A stretch of 64,000 bases of DNA from Candidatus Bathyarchaeota archaeon (GCA_963826715.1 CAWGYA010000008.1:480001-544000), one strand, 5' to 3'. Numbered from the stretch's first letter, positions 1 to 10,915 are shown. Made by a program: numbers and translations. The notes: a model not told the origin generated them from the letters alone.

Positions 1-213
1 CTCTGGTTCTTTTTATCACTTTATGTTGGCGTTAGCTTTTAAGAGTTTCAGTTCATGATTAGGGTTAACAGTTTATAATAAAACAGGGCAAACACCAAGA
101 CTACTAAAGTAGGCTTAATGAAGCCCATGACCTTTTCCCACAGAAGAGTGAACCATATCAGTCTCAAAAGGTATAGATAATCTTTTACAGGAATGGAAAC
201 ACATAGAGTGGAT

Positions 214-354
214 ATGTCTCAACCTGACGCTTTCGAGAAGAGAGTTAAGGAAGCAATCGAAAAAACAGGTTTACCAACGGAAATTCAAGCTACTAAAACA
301 TTAGTTGATAATGGTTGGCAAGTTCACCCACACCATACCACGAGATGGGGGTAA
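214..354 (+). pseudogene. Truncated gene fragment, possibly the N-terminus of a PD-(D/E)xK-like protein
   Basis: Manual translation MSQPDAFEKRVKEAIEKTGLPTEIQATKTLVDNGWQV..., stopping after 46 aa; the 'I.K.G.P.E......L...GW.V' pattern usually begins a longer protein. Confidence 0.35.
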
Positions 355-483
355 AAGAATAAGAAAATGTTACCTAATCATGCTTTTAATAATATGTCAA
401 AAAAGAGGACATCTTCACTCTTGCCGGGCAATCAATTTTTTCACTTGGAGGATGTCTTGGAATCGCAGTATTCTATGATTGCT

Positions 484-1308
484 CTAATAAGCTGATTTTG
501 AAGTTTGTTTTCTTTTAAAACTTAAAACCATCATAGCTGCAACTAGAAATGAAATTGTACAAGCAACCAAAATCAAGTATACAGGAGATTGCATGTTTAG
601 ATTTTGATTTGTTGTTTGAATATTTGTTACGGGTTGATTAGGTAAAGTATCATTTGTTAAAATTGGAGAGGGTTCTTTAATATTTGAATAAGAAGAATTT
701 TTGGGGGTGGACAGTGGAGGTTGAATGGTTACTTCTGGTTGGATGGGGGCGGGTTGAAGTGTGGACTCAGGTATTGGTGCTGATGCAACGTTTTTTGGGA
801 TGCGACCAACACTTACAGGTGCAGGGTAATCCGCTCCAGATGTGCTCATTGTTATGGAAATTATCTTTGCAATCCAAGAAGCCCCATTGGCATCTGGAAT
901 GACTAATCGAAGACCTTCAGCGAGCGGTTGACCGTTTAGTTCATAAGCGATTATTATTTGGGGTTCAATTGCTAAATCGATGGGTATAAGGACTTGGTAT
1001 CCGTCTGAAGCAGCAAATTGAATTGACCAAACTTCAGGAGTTAGATGTGTTTGGTTTAGGAGATAACTGAGAGACACTCCGCCCCAACTGCCGTAGGTCA
1101 CTAGTGCACCGTCGCAATATAGGTCAGAGGTAATTTCTGTTTTGGGCATAGCTAAAAGTTGTGCAGATGTAAACGTATAGGTTGCGTGGGATAAGTCGGT
1201 AACAACCAAGTAGACCTCATTGTCAACTGTGGCTGTCCCAATTGGAGCTAGTAGTAATAAAATAAGTATTGTCGTGATTGTAAGGATGAGTAGGTGTTTG
1301 TTTTTCAT
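484..1308 (-). CDS. Secreted, membrane-anchored molybdopterin-dependent oxidoreductase-domain protein (sulfite oxidase/MsrP-like domain)
   Basis: Signal peptide; motifs LYCDG..WGGVSL, FAASDGY, IAYELNGQPL, LRLVIP..NGASWIAKI; P/T/Q-rich linker; C-terminal TM helix and basic tail. Confidence 0.8.
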   Translation of the reverse strand: MKNKHLLILTITTILILLLLAPIGTATVDNEVYLVVTDLSHATYTFTSAQLLAMPKTEITSDLYCDGALVTYGSWGGVSLSYLLNQTHLTPEVWSIQFAASDGYQVLIPIDLAIEPQIIIAYELNGQPLAEGLRLVIPDANGASWIAKIISITMSTSGADYPAPVSVGRIPKNVASAPIPESTLQPAPIQPEVTIQPPLSTPKNSSYSNIKEPSPILTNDTLPNQPVTNIQTTNQNLNMQSPVYLILVACTISFLVAAMMVLSFKRKQTSKSAY

Positions 1309-2231
1309 TGTGTTTTATCCTAGCATTAATGACGTGTGTCATACTAATAAACTCTTGCAAAATCAATAAAAACAAGCCCAGAAACTCATAATGAAAACAA
1401 AAATGGTGTGAATCAAGAATGCAAATGCTATCCCTTCTGTCTTTTGCAAGTCCTTGAGCTTCAAAGCAAAAAATTTTCCTTTAATTATCATAAGAAAGTA
1501 GTTTGTAAAACAATGAAAAACTTCAATAAGTACAAAGAAAAACGGAAGTGAAAACTTGAAGATACTCATTTTAAAAACGAAGCAATCAAAAAATCAGTGA
1601 AAGAGCAAATTGCCAAAGAAAAAATCCTGAAGATAATCGTGCCTAATAAGACGGAGGGTATTTGTTTGATCCAAAAGAAATTTGAACTTTATTAATTGAA
1701 TTGCCTAGATAAAAATTTCCTAACACTCACCTGTATAAACAACTAAAATTGAAATATTTATTGATTCATTTAGTTATTCAATTATCGTCTAAATTCAGGT
1801 TTAATTGAGTAATTGACGTATACCACTTTTATTTCAAAGGCATCGACAAAGAAATCACTATTGAAAAAAGCTAAAGCACAAAAGTCAGTCACAGAAACCG
1901 ACCCAAGCTTAAACAACACACACAGTGAATACAAAGCTTGTATGTAATTAAGGCAGAAAAAATGGTGACGCCTCGATCTAAAGAGGTAAAAAACATTTCC
2001 TGGACCCGACACCACATAACTTTTAAGATTTCTAAGATAGAAAATTTTGTTTAAAGGGGTTTGCTGAGATTCTGGCACTTTTATTTGTAGGAGAAAAGAA
2101 TTCAAATGCAAACACGATGAACTATGGCATTTCATCGTAAACCAGAGTCTTCTCAGCCCCCTCCACTCTCTAATCGTGATTTTTTTTGTACAAACTAAAA
2201 AAGGGGAAAGATTGTTGGTATCTTGTTTTTT

Positions 2232-4859
2232 TTATGGCCGTTTTCTGAGCATCAGCAACGCAAGTATTGCGCCAACTACTACGATTGCGACAATAATTGC
2301 TGCAATTCCTGGAAGCAGATATGTATCAGCCATGTTTGATGGCGGTGGCTCTGTCGGTGTTGGTGTTGCAGGTGCAGGATCAACTGCAAAAGCTGAAACT
2401 GCGTGAGATGGCCAATATGATTCAGAGCCTGTAAACGAAGCATACACAATGTATTTACCGTCAATGTCAGGTGTCCAGTTTAAGCTAAAGAAGCCATCAG
2501 AATCACTAGTTACTGTGCCGATTTGGCGATAGTTGCCGTTAGCATCAACAACGCTTATTTCAATGGGTACTCCCACAGTGTCAGTTGGACGAGGTTTCTG
2601 CATATAGACGTATTCCATCCATGCAGCTTGGCTTTCGTCAGAGACCGCTGGTAAACCATTGGGGAAGCGTGCTGATTGTACATTCTGTTCTGTACCTGCA
2701 GAGATATCAGTTATTGTGCCTCGAATCACTAAGCTTTGACCACTAGTTATTGCGGCAGAAGGTGTATCGATTGTTAGCTGACTGGGACCTTTACCTAAAG
2801 AATAGATTTGCATATCATAGCAGTTAAGGTAGACAAAGTGACCGTCTGCAACAATGTCGTTTGCGCCGACGTACATGCCTGTGCCCCAACCTTTCATAGT
2901 CCAAATTTCTTCGCCTGTAGTAGCGTTAATGCAGCGGTACTGAGCGTCCTTGTAGAAAGGCGAGTTAGGTGAATGTTCTGTAGTTCCTAAGTATACTTTG
3001 CCGTCAGCGATCACATCAACAAATATAGGCATATGACCGTATGCTGTTCCGAGACCTTCATAGGTACTGTTGCCAACTCCACCGTTACCATATGTCCATA
3101 GCAATTCTCCAGTCTTGTCGTCATAGCAGTATAATATTCCGTCATATCCTGAAGCGTATAAATTACCGTATGCAGATAGAGTGTCTCTTCTAAGAGTGTC
3201 CCATTCTGTCACAACTGGTCCGCTTGTCCATAGGTGGCTACCGTCAGTTAAGCTGTAACCGTTAATTTCTAGCGTCTCTTTGTCTTCAGTGACTAATGTT
3301 CCAGCTATTGCATCGACTGCTACCATTGCCCGTGTGACATTGTTGGGTGCTGGTGGATAAGATCTAGTCCATAGTACTTGCCCAATTGCTCCTTGCTTAA
3401 GGCTGATTGCTGTTACGTTAACTCCTTCCCCATTGATTCTTGGACCTGTTCCAAAGCTTCCCTGAGTCAAAATCAACAGATTGTTGTAAATGACATCTCT
3501 GAAGATGCTCCACTGACCTTTTAGTGATGGGATTGAAATGTTCCAGTCGTATGCTGATGCCGCACTTGCATCTGGGCTTCCCGAATACCAGTTTGTGGGA
3601 CTAAGACCTGTTCCACCGCCGATTACGTTAGATGAGTTCCATTGAGATAGATAATAGCTAATGTTTGAGTTGTTTCCGTAGTTAGTCAGTGTATATATGA
3701 GGTATTCGCCTGTTGGTCCACCGATTGAAGCAGCAGATCCTGATGATGGAGATAGGTTGCCTGAAGCTGATCCTGATGGAACATTAGTAACGTTCATTGA
3801 TGTTAATTGTCCAGTTCTTGGGTCATATCCCCGCCACGTTGTCATCGATCCTACCCTGACGGAGGCTATTAGTAAACCGTTTGGCAGAACTCCGTGTTGG
3901 TTCCCAGTATCATATGAATAAAGATAGCCAAATGATGGAACGATTGAAGTACCAGTTGCTGCAGGATCTATGCGCCAAAGTTCTGCACCAGTTTTTAAGT
4001 CAACTGCAATGTAATCTCCACCGCCACCAGAGTTGCCATATGGCTCTTGATAAAACAGCGTTCCCTGCATCACAATGGCATTACCGAATCTAACGTTGTA
4101 TGAACCACCCATGTAGTAGGTTTCGCCTAAAACATTTGTGTTATTCCCTCCAACAACTCCACCGAATTGAATCGGTTTGGTCCACATGATGTGAGGACTG
4201 TTTGGTCCTAAACCGTCAGATTGGTATCTACCCCAACCCGCGCCACCTGTTGAAGTTGCGCCTGTACGAATGAATGGGGCATTTAACCAATTTGATGCAA
4301 TCATGAACCAACCGTTGTTTTCTCCCTCTATGGGACGAGCCCAGTATTCGGTTGGCAACGGATACGTATCGATGGGAGTAGGCAATTGTTCGTCTTGCAC
4401 TCGTAGGATTGTTGTTGCGTTCGCTGCTTCAAACCAATCGTTCTGGTAGGCACCGCTCCAAGTATAGTTTTGACCAGCATAGTTGAACTTTATTGTGTAA
4501 TTACCGACCTGATCAGGGGTATATGTGTAGAATTGAACACCTGTTGTATCATCGATATAATCCCAAGTGTTGGTAACAATGTTTCCATCTGGTTTGGTGA
4601 TTGTTAAAGTATAGTCGTGTCGTCTAATGTCGTTTGCAACATTTGCACTGGGTAATGGAACGTCTACCCACATGTAAACTTGAACGGTTTGGCCAACACC
4701 AACTGGTGATGGAGCAACGCTTACGTATGCAAAAGATGGAATATTCCATCCAGGGGAGTGAGCGCTAGCTGAAGGTGATAATAGTAGTTGAGAGCTTATA
4801 GTTATCATTAGAACTAAAGTAATTATTGAAGCTATAGTCTTATTTGCAATATATTTCAT
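2232..4859 (-). CDS. Secreted PQQ-type beta-propeller repeat surface protein with C-terminal membrane anchor
   Basis: Repeated 'AVDLKTGAELW', 'YDDKTGELLWTY' and 'INATTGEEIW' propeller blades; signal peptide; PTPT linker; TM helix followed by RKRP. Confidence 0.85.
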   Translation of the reverse strand: MKYIANKTIASIITLVLMITISSQLLLSPSASAHSPGWNIPSFAYVSVAPSPVGVGQTVQVYMWVDVPLPSANVANDIRRHDYTLTITKPDGNIVTNTWDYIDDTTGVQFYTYTPDQVGNYTIKFNYAGQNYTWSGAYQNDWFEAANATTILRVQDEQLPTPIDTYPLPTEYWARPIEGENNGWFMIASNWLNAPFIRTGATSTGGAGWGRYQSDGLGPNSPHIMWTKPIQFGGVVGGNNTNVLGETYYMGGSYNVRFGNAIVMQGTLFYQEPYGNSGGGGDYIAVDLKTGAELWRIDPAATGTSIVPSFGYLYSYDTGNQHGVLPNGLLIASVRVGSMTTWRGYDPRTGQLTSMNVTNVPSGSASGNLSPSSGSAASIGGPTGEYLIYTLTNYGNNSNISYYLSQWNSSNVIGGGTGLSPTNWYSGSPDASAASAYDWNISIPSLKGQWSIFRDVIYNNLLILTQGSFGTGPRINGEGVNVTAISLKQGAIGQVLWTRSYPPAPNNVTRAMVAVDAIAGTLVTEDKETLEINGYSLTDGSHLWTSGPVVTEWDTLRRDTLSAYGNLYASGYDGILYCYDDKTGELLWTYGNGGVGNSTYEGLGTAYGHMPIFVDVIADGKVYLGTTEHSPNSPFYKDAQYRCINATTGEEIWTMKGWGTGMYVGANDIVADGHFVYLNCYDMQIYSLGKGPSQLTIDTPSAAITSGQSLVIRGTITDISAGTEQNVQSARFPNGLPAVSDESQAAWMEYVYMQKPRPTDTVGVPIEISVVDANGNYRQIGTVTSDSDGFFSLNWTPDIDGKYIVYASFTGSESYWPSHAVSAFAVDPAPATPTPTEPPPSNMADTYLLPGIAAIIVAIVVVGAILALLMLRKRP

Positions 4860-5035
4860 TTTTTTTTCTCCTAAATTTTACGGTATAGAATCAACTGTGA
4901 ACGTTATTAAGCCCCGCTCCTTAAGCGTGAGTACAAAAAAATGTATATTTTAAGAACTAGATACAAAGTCCTACGATTAATTTTAACTAAAACAAATAGT
5001 AAAAACAAATAAAAGACAAAGCGAAATAAATACTT

Positions 5036-5710
5036 ATGTCAGAGTACCAAGCGTTCAGGGTTACATATGAAATCATTTCTGCACTTCTTTGTTTCATCCT
5101 AGTATGGTTTATGATGAAACCATATCGGTTCACAAGAAAAGGGCAATATGTTGGCTTACCGCTGGCTTTTGGTTTGCTTGGCGCATCCTACTTATTCTCG
5201 GCCATAATATATGCTAGACCTAGTTTTTTTTCGGAAGATGTTTTATGGTTCCAACTAGTTGCAAGAGCTTTTGCATTTATTTTTCTTGGGGCTACCTATC
5301 TTTTTTCAAAAAAGCAGAGTGAGACTGTACAGCTAATTTGGAAAATAACATTTAGTATAATTGTAGCTGCTATCATAACTTCAGTAATAGCGGTAATTTT
5401 CTTACCTCAACTAAACTTCGATAGCTACCGAACAGCTTCATCGTACGTCCGTATTCCCATAATTATTTCACTTATTTATGTCATAATTCAAACTATTAAG
5501 AACCATATAGCAAAGCCCCTTCCAACAACATTATTGACTCCTATGGGCTATATCCTGCTCGCAATAAGCCAGTTTTCGTTGATAATTTGGGGCGCCGAGG
5601 AAAGTATGATTGCATGGTGGGAATCACTCGCACTTCGCTGGTGCGCCTTAGCGATTTTTCTTTTCGTTGCATATACAACATTTTATCGATCACACAAAAA
5701 GGAAATTTAA
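5036..5710 (+). CDS. Polytopic (about 7 TM) membrane protein, putative sensor
   Basis: About seven hydrophobic helices; stop codon directly abuts the next ATG (taa-atg). Confidence 0.7.
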   Translation: MSEYQAFRVTYEIISALLCFILVWFMMKPYRFTRKGQYVGLPLAFGLLGASYLFSAIIYARPSFFSEDVLWFQLVARAFAFIFLGATYLFSKKQSETVQLIWKITFSIIVAAIITSVIAVIFLPQLNFDSYRTASSYVRIPIIISLIYVIIQTIKNHIAKPLPTTLLTPMGYILLAISQFSLIIWGAEESMIAWWESLALRWCALAIFLFVAYTTFYRSHKKEI

Positions 5711-5980
5711 ATGAAAAATGCACGTAGAGACAAAGTCATAATCTATGGTGACTTACTTTCAGTGCTAAATGAAGAGTCTAAGAACGAAAAAATAGTGTTA
5801 ACACATATCCAGGTGAGACTAAATGTCTCCTTTGACCGTTTAAAGAAATATCTTGTTAACCTTAAAGACCTTGGATTGGTTGAGGACGAGAATTCACCGA
5901 GGCTTACTGAAAAAGGAAAACAATACTTGAAAGAATACGAAAAAGTCCTTGATTTCATAAAACGAATGAATCTACTTTAA
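5711..5980 (+). CDS. Winged helix-turn-helix transcriptional regulator (archaeal HTH_45-like)
   Basis: 'RRDKVIIYGDLL...THIQVRLNVSFDRLKKYL..L...GLV...LTEKGKQYL' pattern. Confidence 0.85.
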   Translation: MKNARRDKVIIYGDLLSVLNEESKNEKIVLTHIQVRLNVSFDRLKKYLVNLKDLGLVEDENSPRLTEKGKQYLKEYEKVLDFIKRMNLL

Positions 5981-6579
5981 TGGTGGCAAAAGATTAATGA
6001 CTAAAACAATTTCCGCTATGCTTTGTGCTTAAAAACTAAGATTAACAGAGATCAGAAAGGAAAAGGAAGTAAATAACGAAATTTTCAATTACACTTGATT
6101 AAGTATTTTTTTGTCATGTGTTTTATGTACGATTCTTAATTTTCATCTTTTTTTCTTCTTTTATTTTAGTGAGCTCAACTAACATTTCTCTCTAGGTTAA
6201 ATCACCTTTCTTAAATTTAGCAATCGATTAGTTTTAAAACAGTTCTAATATCAAAGTCAAAACTAATTATTACCCTCACAAAAGAATTCAATTACAAATT
6301 TCCCCTCACTATCCTCACTTAAATCCATTGAAAGAGGACCACCACAAAGCGGACACGTAAAAAACTCCAAAGCTTTCTTACTCCGCACAATTAAAATCTT
6401 TTTGTAACTTATTCTTAAAGTATTGTATCCTGTATATTGAAAATGTATCGTTTATTCGGTTTTCTACTCTTGCAACACTATTTGTCGCATAAGTAATGTA
6501 AAATAGGTTGTTTTCTCTTTTTAATAAGCAAAATATAAAGACACTAACTTAAAAAAACACTTTTTAAGTTCTGGTTTTC

Positions 6580-7902
6580 CTATTTTTTAGTCTTGAAGAG
6601 AATGAAGACCCCAGCTGCCGCTAAGGTTGCCGTTAAAGCTACTAAAACTGTCAGAAAGACCATGGTTGAAATGTCTTTCATTGGATTTTCGGAATGAGGA
6701 AATGCGTCGTTTGAATCAGTCGAATTTGCTGGCGATACAAACGGTATTGTAGAAAGTAAAATTGAGTGATTCCAATAAACAAGTGAGCCATAATCTTTCA
6801 GGATACTGATCTCAAGTGCATCATCGTATATCATGTCTAAGCTGGAACCAGCTTGCCTTAAAACATCGCTTAGATCAATACTAATTGGAGTTGACAATGT
6901 ATCTGCTTCCCATAGCCCCCAAATTTTATCGTTTGGTCCACGAAAACCGAATGCATAATCTTTAGGAAGTACATATGCGGTCCGCTCATTGACAGGACTT
7001 ATTTTCCTCGAGTTTGTTTGAGAATATTGCCAGAACTGCTTTAGTGCAGCATAGTGTTCCTGCTCAAGAATACTCCCTGTGTAATTTTCGTTAGAATTGA
7101 AAACTATAATGTATTTTGCGCCATTATCGTAAGCTAATAAAAGATCGTTATAGAGTTCTGGACCCGACTCTATATACGGCGGTTGTTTATAAGTCCAAGT
7201 TATCATTGCGCCCCACTCTTTATTTTGGATAGTAGCTGCGCCTCTGCAAAGACCGACATTTAATTGTCTGCTGTAGTTCCAGCCGAACTGGGCTAAAACT
7301 ACATCATAACCTGCCTGATAATCGAACCAATAAAGCGAATAATCCGAGGTAAATAAAGAAACATCATTACCACCTGAATAACCGTCTCTGAACCAGCTAA
7401 CAGCGTTGCTTACTTTTGAGTTAAATTGGGTATTTGCATCAAGATAGTTTTCTGCTTGTTTAACTGTCATCCAATCTGAAACATGATCGAGTTGGCGCCC
7501 CCCAACTTCATCTGTATAATAAATGCCTAAAAACTGGTTTCCCCACCTTGTCTTAGCTATATCGAGCCAATCGGACTTATTCATAGAAAACCAACTATAA
7601 TCTAAAGGATACTCCTGATAAACAATAAAAAACAAGCCCTTATCAAAAAGATATTGGCATGCTTCCTCAAGCTTGAGCCTGTTTTGAGTAACCCCCGTAC
7701 AACCAAGCACAAAGAGATTAGTGTATGAGCCAACATCGTCGGCTAATTGTTTAACATCACCGACATCACCGTAGGCGATATCCACTCCGACAAAAACCCT
7801 GGGAAAATTCTCGTCTAGGACACCAAATGTGGGAGAAACGCCTGAAAACAGAGAGCCAATCAGTGCAAGAAATAAAAATAATCCGATTAATCTATCATGC
7901 AT
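6580..7902 (-). CDS. Secreted, membrane-anchored hypothetical protein (possible TIM-barrel/glycoside-hydrolase-like fold)
   Basis: Signal peptide, 440 aa, Trp/Tyr-rich, C-terminal TM helix and KTKK. Confidence 0.7.
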   Translation of the reverse strand: MHDRLIGLFLFLALIGSLFSGVSPTFGVLDENFPRVFVGVDIAYGDVGDVKQLADDVGSYTNLFVLGCTGVTQNRLKLEEACQYLFDKGLFFIVYQEYPLDYSWFSMNKSDWLDIAKTRWGNQFLGIYYTDEVGGRQLDHVSDWMTVKQAENYLDANTQFNSKVSNAVSWFRDGYSGGNDVSLFTSDYSLYWFDYQAGYDVVLAQFGWNYSRQLNVGLCRGAATIQNKEWGAMITWTYKQPPYIESGPELYNDLLLAYDNGAKYIIVFNSNENYTGSILEQEHYAALKQFWQYSQTNSRKISPVNERTAYVLPKDYAFGFRGPNDKIWGLWEADTLSTPISIDLSDVLRQAGSSLDMIYDDALEISILKDYGSLVYWNHSILLSTIPFVSPANSTDSNDAFPHSENPMKDISTMVFLTVLVALTATLAAAGVFILFKTKK

Positions 7903-8039
7903 TGACGCTTAAAAGGAAAGAAGCTATTTTAAAGTTATCTGCAACCCGCCAGATTGTAGGAAGCTATGAGTTTTGCAGAATATGAAATTTGGCATATCAC
8001 TTTCAGTTAACTTATATGGAGCTAAAAAGGGATCCCGGT

Positions 8040-9359
8040 CTAAGGTGTCAGTCTGACGCGGTCTCTGGGGTAGAGAGTGACTTCACGAATGTTCTTCTTA
8101 CCGGTCAAAATCATCGTTAGCCGTTCCAGACCTATAGCCCAACCTGCATGCGGCGGCATTCCAAAATCGTAGGCTTGAAGATGGCAATTAAACGATTTTG
8201 GGTTTAAGCCCTTTTCCTTGAGGCGTTCAATTAACTGATCTTTATTAGCAATTCTTGTTCCACCTGAAACCAGCTCGATGTAGCGCCACATTAAATCGAA
8301 ACCCTCGCACAGCTTTGGGTTGTCATCATGAGGTTTAATATAAAAGGCTTTAGCGTGGGTTGGCCAATCCGTAACGAAATAGAAGTATGGGTAGAGTTTA
8401 CCCAGTTCACGGAAAGCTTCCGTTGGTATGTCATCACCCCATGGAATGTCTACGCCATGAACTTTAAGGTCTTCGAGCACCTGTGTGTAGGTTAACCGCT
8501 TAAACGGCAGAACGGGGACCTCGAATTTGTACTCAAGCGCAGCCAACTCAGACACACATCTCTCTTTCACAGTTTTAAAGGCGTAGTGAATAACTTGCTC
8601 TAGCAACGTCATGAGATCATCAGCGCTGGCGAAAGCCTGCTCCACATCAATTGAGGTAAACTCGCTGAGGTGCCGCCGTGTGTGGGATTCTTCAGCTCGG
8701 AAAAAAGGACCTACCTCAAACACTTTCTCAAAGCTGAGCGTTAATTCTTCCTTGTAAAGTTGTGGACTCTGAGCAAGGTACGCCTTCTGTTCGAAGTAGT
8801 TTACGCTGAAGAGTTCAGCGCCGCCCTCAGTTGCCGAGGCAATTATGCGTGGGGTGTGAACCTCCAAAAAGTCCTTGTCGAAGAGAAAACTACGCACCGC
8901 CTCAAGCGCTGTATGCTGGATCTTGAAGATAGCCAATACTTTTTCCTGAGTGAGATCTAGGGCTCTTGAGTCTATACGAGCTTCGATGTTAGCGGGAGTT
9001 TTGCCTGTGATGTCTATTGGCAACTGATCAGTAGCGGTGTTGAGGATCTTGATAGCTGTTGGGATAACTTCGATTCCTCGGGTAGTCATGTTGGTTTTTT
9101 TTACGGTCCCCCTAACTGCCAGAGCAAAGCGTTTTTGAAGGCAATCGGATTTGGTTAAAACTTCAGGGTCTACTCTCTTTTTAGGTATGGTAAGTTGCAG
9201 AGTACCTTCTCGGTCTTGGATTATTATAAATCGGATTCCACCTAGGTCACGAACTTCTTGAACCCAACCGAACAGGATAACTTCTTTGCTGTCCAATTCA
9301 GGGGTCACTTGACTAGTATAATGAGTTCTAACCCACTCGCCGATTGAGTCCAAGTTCAT
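8040..9359 (-). CDS. aspS: Aspartate--tRNA ligase, archaeal type
   Basis: OB-fold 'GWVQEVRDLGG', 'TEGGAELF', 'LAQSPQLYK', motif 2 'FRAEESHTRRHLSEF', motif 3 'GMPPHAGWAIGLERL'. Confidence 0.96.
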   Translation of the reverse strand: MNLDSIGEWVRTHYTSQVTPELDSKEVILFGWVQEVRDLGGIRFIIIQDREGTLQLTIPKKRVDPEVLTKSDCLQKRFALAVRGTVKKTNMTTRGIEVIPTAIKILNTATDQLPIDITGKTPANIEARIDSRALDLTQEKVLAIFKIQHTALEAVRSFLFDKDFLEVHTPRIIASATEGGAELFSVNYFEQKAYLAQSPQLYKEELTLSFEKVFEVGPFFRAEESHTRRHLSEFTSIDVEQAFASADDLMTLLEQVIHYAFKTVKERCVSELAALEYKFEVPVLPFKRLTYTQVLEDLKVHGVDIPWGDDIPTEAFRELGKLYPYFYFVTDWPTHAKAFYIKPHDDNPKLCEGFDLMWRYIELVSGGTRIANKDQLIERLKEKGLNPKSFNCHLQAYDFGMPPHAGWAIGLERLTMILTGKKNIREVTLYPRDRVRLTP

Positions 9360-9373
9360 GCGCTGTCAACCTT

Positions 9374-9904
9374 TTAATCTGCAATTTCTACCCGAAGAGA
9401 CATTTTGCGTGTTTTGCTGGCGATTTCTTTTAATGCGTTTAAGTCCATGGGCAATTGCGCACCACGTTTTCGCCTCAGAATAACTCGAGTTTCGGTGGTT
9501 CCGTCGGGAATCCAAATGGTGTTAATAGTGAGAATGCTGAAGGGCACGAAGAGGTCTTCAAGAAATTTGCGGTCGTCAACGCCGTATTCGAGTACACGCA
9601 CGTTTTTGCCAGTTTCGTCGCCAATGGTTTTGACGATTTTGCCGCCGTAACCTAAAAGTTTAGGGACATCTCCATGTCCGACGAGGATGGCTAACGTTTT
9701 TTCAACATCAACTGCTTTGTAGAAGCAGACGTTTTGCAGGGAAGGATATTTCTCCTCTAAGTTGAGCAGTAAACGGGCGATTTTCAGATCTAAGTCACTG
9801 ATTTCGCCAGTTTTTACTTTGGCTGAACATTTTTGGCATAGTATGCCGCTTTTTAGGCAGAAACTGCATAGTTCTGTTTTCATTTGGAGTCGTTTTTCCT
9901 GCAA
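9374..9904 (-). CDS. NusA-like KH-domain protein with N-terminal Cys cluster
   Basis: 'CSFCLKSGILCQKC' plus KH-type 'LLGYGGKIVKTI'; adjacent to aspS. Confidence 0.8.
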   Translation of the reverse strand: MQEKRLQMKTELCSFCLKSGILCQKCSAKVKTGEISDLDLKIARLLLNLEEKYPSLQNVCFYKAVDVEKTLAILVGHGDVPKLLGYGGKIVKTIGDETGKNVRVLEYGVDDRKFLEDLFVPFSILTINTIWIPDGTTETRVILRRKRGAQLPMDLNALKEIASKTRKMSLRVEIAD

Positions 9905-9930
9905 AGAAGGAGTTTACACTTTATCGTGAT

Positions 9931-10224
9931 TTAACGCATCAACGTAATTTCTATAGTGCTAACGTTAGTGGAGCCCTGAGTAGTTTCTTCTTGGTCGAGC
10001 GGTGAGAACTGATCTGTTCCTATTCCGATTGCCTTGATTCTTAAATCAGGCAAGAATCGGTGTCTGACAACTTCAGCTACATCAATGGCTCTGCTGATGG
10101 ATCTACCACGTGCTTTGATGCTGACTTCTTTTGCGCCGCCATGGAAGAAAGTGATGCATGCAAGGACATAGTTCATGATTGGTTTTTTACCGATTAAGAC
10201 TGCAGCGCTGGTGGTTTCCGTCAC
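9931..10224 (-). CDS. albA: DNA/RNA-binding protein Alba
   Basis: '[12 protein letters not shown]', '[15 protein letters not shown]', 'VSTIEITL'. Confidence 0.95.
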   Translation of the reverse strand: MTETTSAAVLIGKKPIMNYVLACITFFHGGAKEVSIKARGRSISRAIDVAEVVRHRFLPDLRIKAIGIGTDQFSPLDQEETTQGSTNVSTIEITLMR

Positions 10225-10447
10225 GATTTCGCTTCACTCCTAGTTTACTTTTAGTGGCTTCACTACATTTTTTTGGAAATAAATAGGTTGTGGTATAAGC
10301 GCGTTGTTCTATCTGGGGATTTCGGATTAGTACTTATGAGTCCAAATAGTTTATAATCTAATATAAAGTACCGTGCACTATTGGGGACATCAGATTCATA
10401 AGCAACTTCACTATTGTAAAGGTTTAACTTAACAAACATAGCCATAA

Positions 10448-10915
10448 GTGACCAAATTGGAACTATTAACTAAACGTTCAATTCAGCTTTTAAAAACCAT
10501 TTATGAAAAAGGAAAATCCACAAACGCCTACACGCTTCGGATTAAGCAAGATGAACTTTCAGAGCAATTAGGAGTTAGCAGACAGGCATTAAACGTTCAT
10601 CTTCGCAAACTCAAAAACCGAGGCTACATCCGCACCGGTCGAGGTTTCATCGACGTTACAGAAAAGGGACTAAACGTATTGGGTATATCGACCACTCCGG
10701 CTTTTATACTACTCAAAATTTCCCCAATAAAACGCATCCAAGTCTACGAGCAAATTCGGGATTTAGCTGTTTCACGAGCCTTCCGTGTTGCAGGCGAAGT
10801 TGATGCGTTAATCATCGTGGAACGAGAAAACTTAGACGAAGTGCTAAAGAAACTCTACAGTATTGATGGTATAGAAGACACACGGTCGTATGTAACTATA
10901 GAAGTAATCAAGTAG
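10448..10915 (+). CDS. Lrp/AsnC-family transcriptional regulator
   Basis: N-terminal wHTH 'QDELSEQLGVSRQALNVHLRKL'; C-terminal RAM domain 'RVAGEVDA...IDGIEDTRSY'. Confidence 0.85.
   Translation: MTKLELLTKRSIQLLKTIYEKGKSTNAYTLRIKQDELSEQLGVSRQALNVHLRKLKNRGYIRTGRGFIDVTEKGLNVLGISTTPAFILLKISPIKRIQVYEQIRDLAVSRAFRVAGEVDALIIVERENLDEVLKKLYSIDGIEDTRSYVTIEVIK

Noticed and set aside
1363-2135. Listed ORFs 1363-1569 and 1782-2135
   Set aside because: AT-rich, no recognisable motifs or translation signals; probably decayed or non-coding DNA
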